Part shown: positions 62,692-64,000 of the stretch, in pieces | Layout of the letters: every line of letters starts with the position of its first letter | How positions within the stretch are numbered: the stretch's first letter is position 1 | DNA from: Lobosporangium transversale | Taxonomy: Eukaryota | Direction: 5' to 3' | Length of the DNA stretch: 64,000 nt | NCBI RefSeq assembly: GCF_002105155.1 | Contig: NW_019028980.1 | Span: 1,612,001-1,676,000 of the forward strand | The notes under the pieces: generated by a model | Told to the model about the DNA's origin: nothing | Seen by the model: the letters and a program-made list of their open reading frames with translations, nothing else | Databases searched by the model: none | Made by a program: the position numbers and the translations under genes

Positions 62692-63950
62692 TCAATTGAT
62701 AAATTGGACCCCATGTAGTTCGAATATATCGGCAACTGAATCCGCAGTGCGTGGGTTCTCATCCAAATCACCAACCAATTGCTCGATACTAGGCCAGTGC
62801 TCTACAATCCATATCGCTTCCTCAGGCCCCATCGCTTGATAACATTCATGGCTGAAACATAAAATCTTTAGGTTCTTCAGGCCTGCTAGTTCATCCAATC
62901 CAGCTTTCAGTGTTAGGCCCAACGTCTTATTGGGGCCATCTGTAGCAGGAGCCGTTAAGCTGAGAGAACGCAGCTTAGTCAGCTTCCCTAGTCGCTCAAA
63001 TACGGCCCGCTGTTTCGTCAAGGCTTCTTCTTCAGATCTCTGATCTATATCCACCACTAATTCGAGTCCGAGTGTAGTTATTTCAGAGCAGACCCACTTT
63101 GTGCCATTCGCAATTTCCATCGCCGTGATCCTGAATGCATGCAGGGTCCTCAAACGAGGGCAATTAGATAAGATCGTTTGAGCAATACCATTTGCCTTGC
63201 TACTTTCTTGTACGCATTCCTTACTGGCAATCAATTCCCTGATTGTATCGCAGAGTCGGCCTGCCTGCGTCACTCCCCCTCTATTGGCAGAGCCATTCAC
63301 TCGCCCTCCTCTGTCTACTAGTAGTTCTTGGAGAGAAAGCCATCCAAAACAGGAGTGCGGGAGCATGAGGGCAATGACTTGAGCCATCTGCCTAAGAATG
63401 GCTGCCACTTCCTCGTCGCTAAGTGAGCATTCTAAATATAATATCTCCAAATGTGGAAACATCCATGGATACTGAAAGAATGCTGTCCTTGAGATAATAC
63501 TATTAGTGTCTTCTTCTTCTCCGTCAATGTTCTGGTTTTTAGTACTGATAGTTAGTGATCGTAGGTTTGGACACTTTCGAACTAGCATTCCCCAACAATG
63601 TGCTGTTGAATTATGACGAACGTAATCGATGTCTGCAATATATAGATATTGTATGTAAGGAAGAACGAAGCCGCTGTTCTCATTCACGGTATAGTGAGGG
63701 AACTGAAGAATATCTATGTCGCTCATAGTCAATGATCTAAGCTTCGGACAAATCAGGAAAAATAAATCGACCTTGTCGTCCTTAACTACCATGTTTGAGA
63801 TATTCAACATGCAAATATGAGGGCACTTTAAGAGTGTCCTCCAAAATTCTAATCCAGAAGGGTCGTTTGGGCCGTAATATGATAAGGAACATTGGATCCC
63901 TCGTATTGTCGAGCTGTGAGCCTCGATCAAACGATTAAACTTCGCCAGAA
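62692..63950 (-). CDS. LRR/RNI-like protein of the F-box-associated type (5' exon beyond the window)
   Basis: 412-aa ORF with CPxLRxL repeats, WVC, VFERLGKLTKLRSL and LTLKAGLDELAGLKNLKIL...EAIWIVEHWP. Acceptor ccttcag just upstream at ~63951. Confidence 0.75.
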
Positions 63951-64000
63951 CTGAAGGATAAGGATTATTTAGTAAAATGGCCCGTATGAACTGGAGACGA

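Overview
Intron-rich eukaryotic DNA with an early-diverging fungal character. The gene content and poly-A/T introns suggest Mortierellaceae/Mucoromycota, which is an inference. Housekeeping genes are GID4/VID24, a BUR1/CDK9-type kinase, cyclophilin A, U2B''/U1A, GET3, ATP1 and acyl-CoA oxidase. Between them lies an accessory, receptor-like repertoire: two near-identical RNI-type LRR paralogs, five tandem SEL1-repeat genes (one a pseudogene), a ~2000-aa NACHT-pentapeptide-WD40 NLR-like gene, and an F-box/LRR-type gene with a decayed paralog. Three results stand out. (1) The LRR and SEL1 families share an unannotated ~85-95-aa N-terminal 'QxFR' header, split by a phase-2 intron at the same codon in all seven genes, which points to a modular header + variable-repeat system. 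(2) A decayed, intron-containing Fanzor/TnpB-like RuvC nuclease gene lies between ATP1 and the acyl-CoA oxidase and is fragmented in the ORF track. (3) Two MITEs have readable target-site duplications. All gene models were spliced by eye from GT/GC-AG signals and protein continuity.
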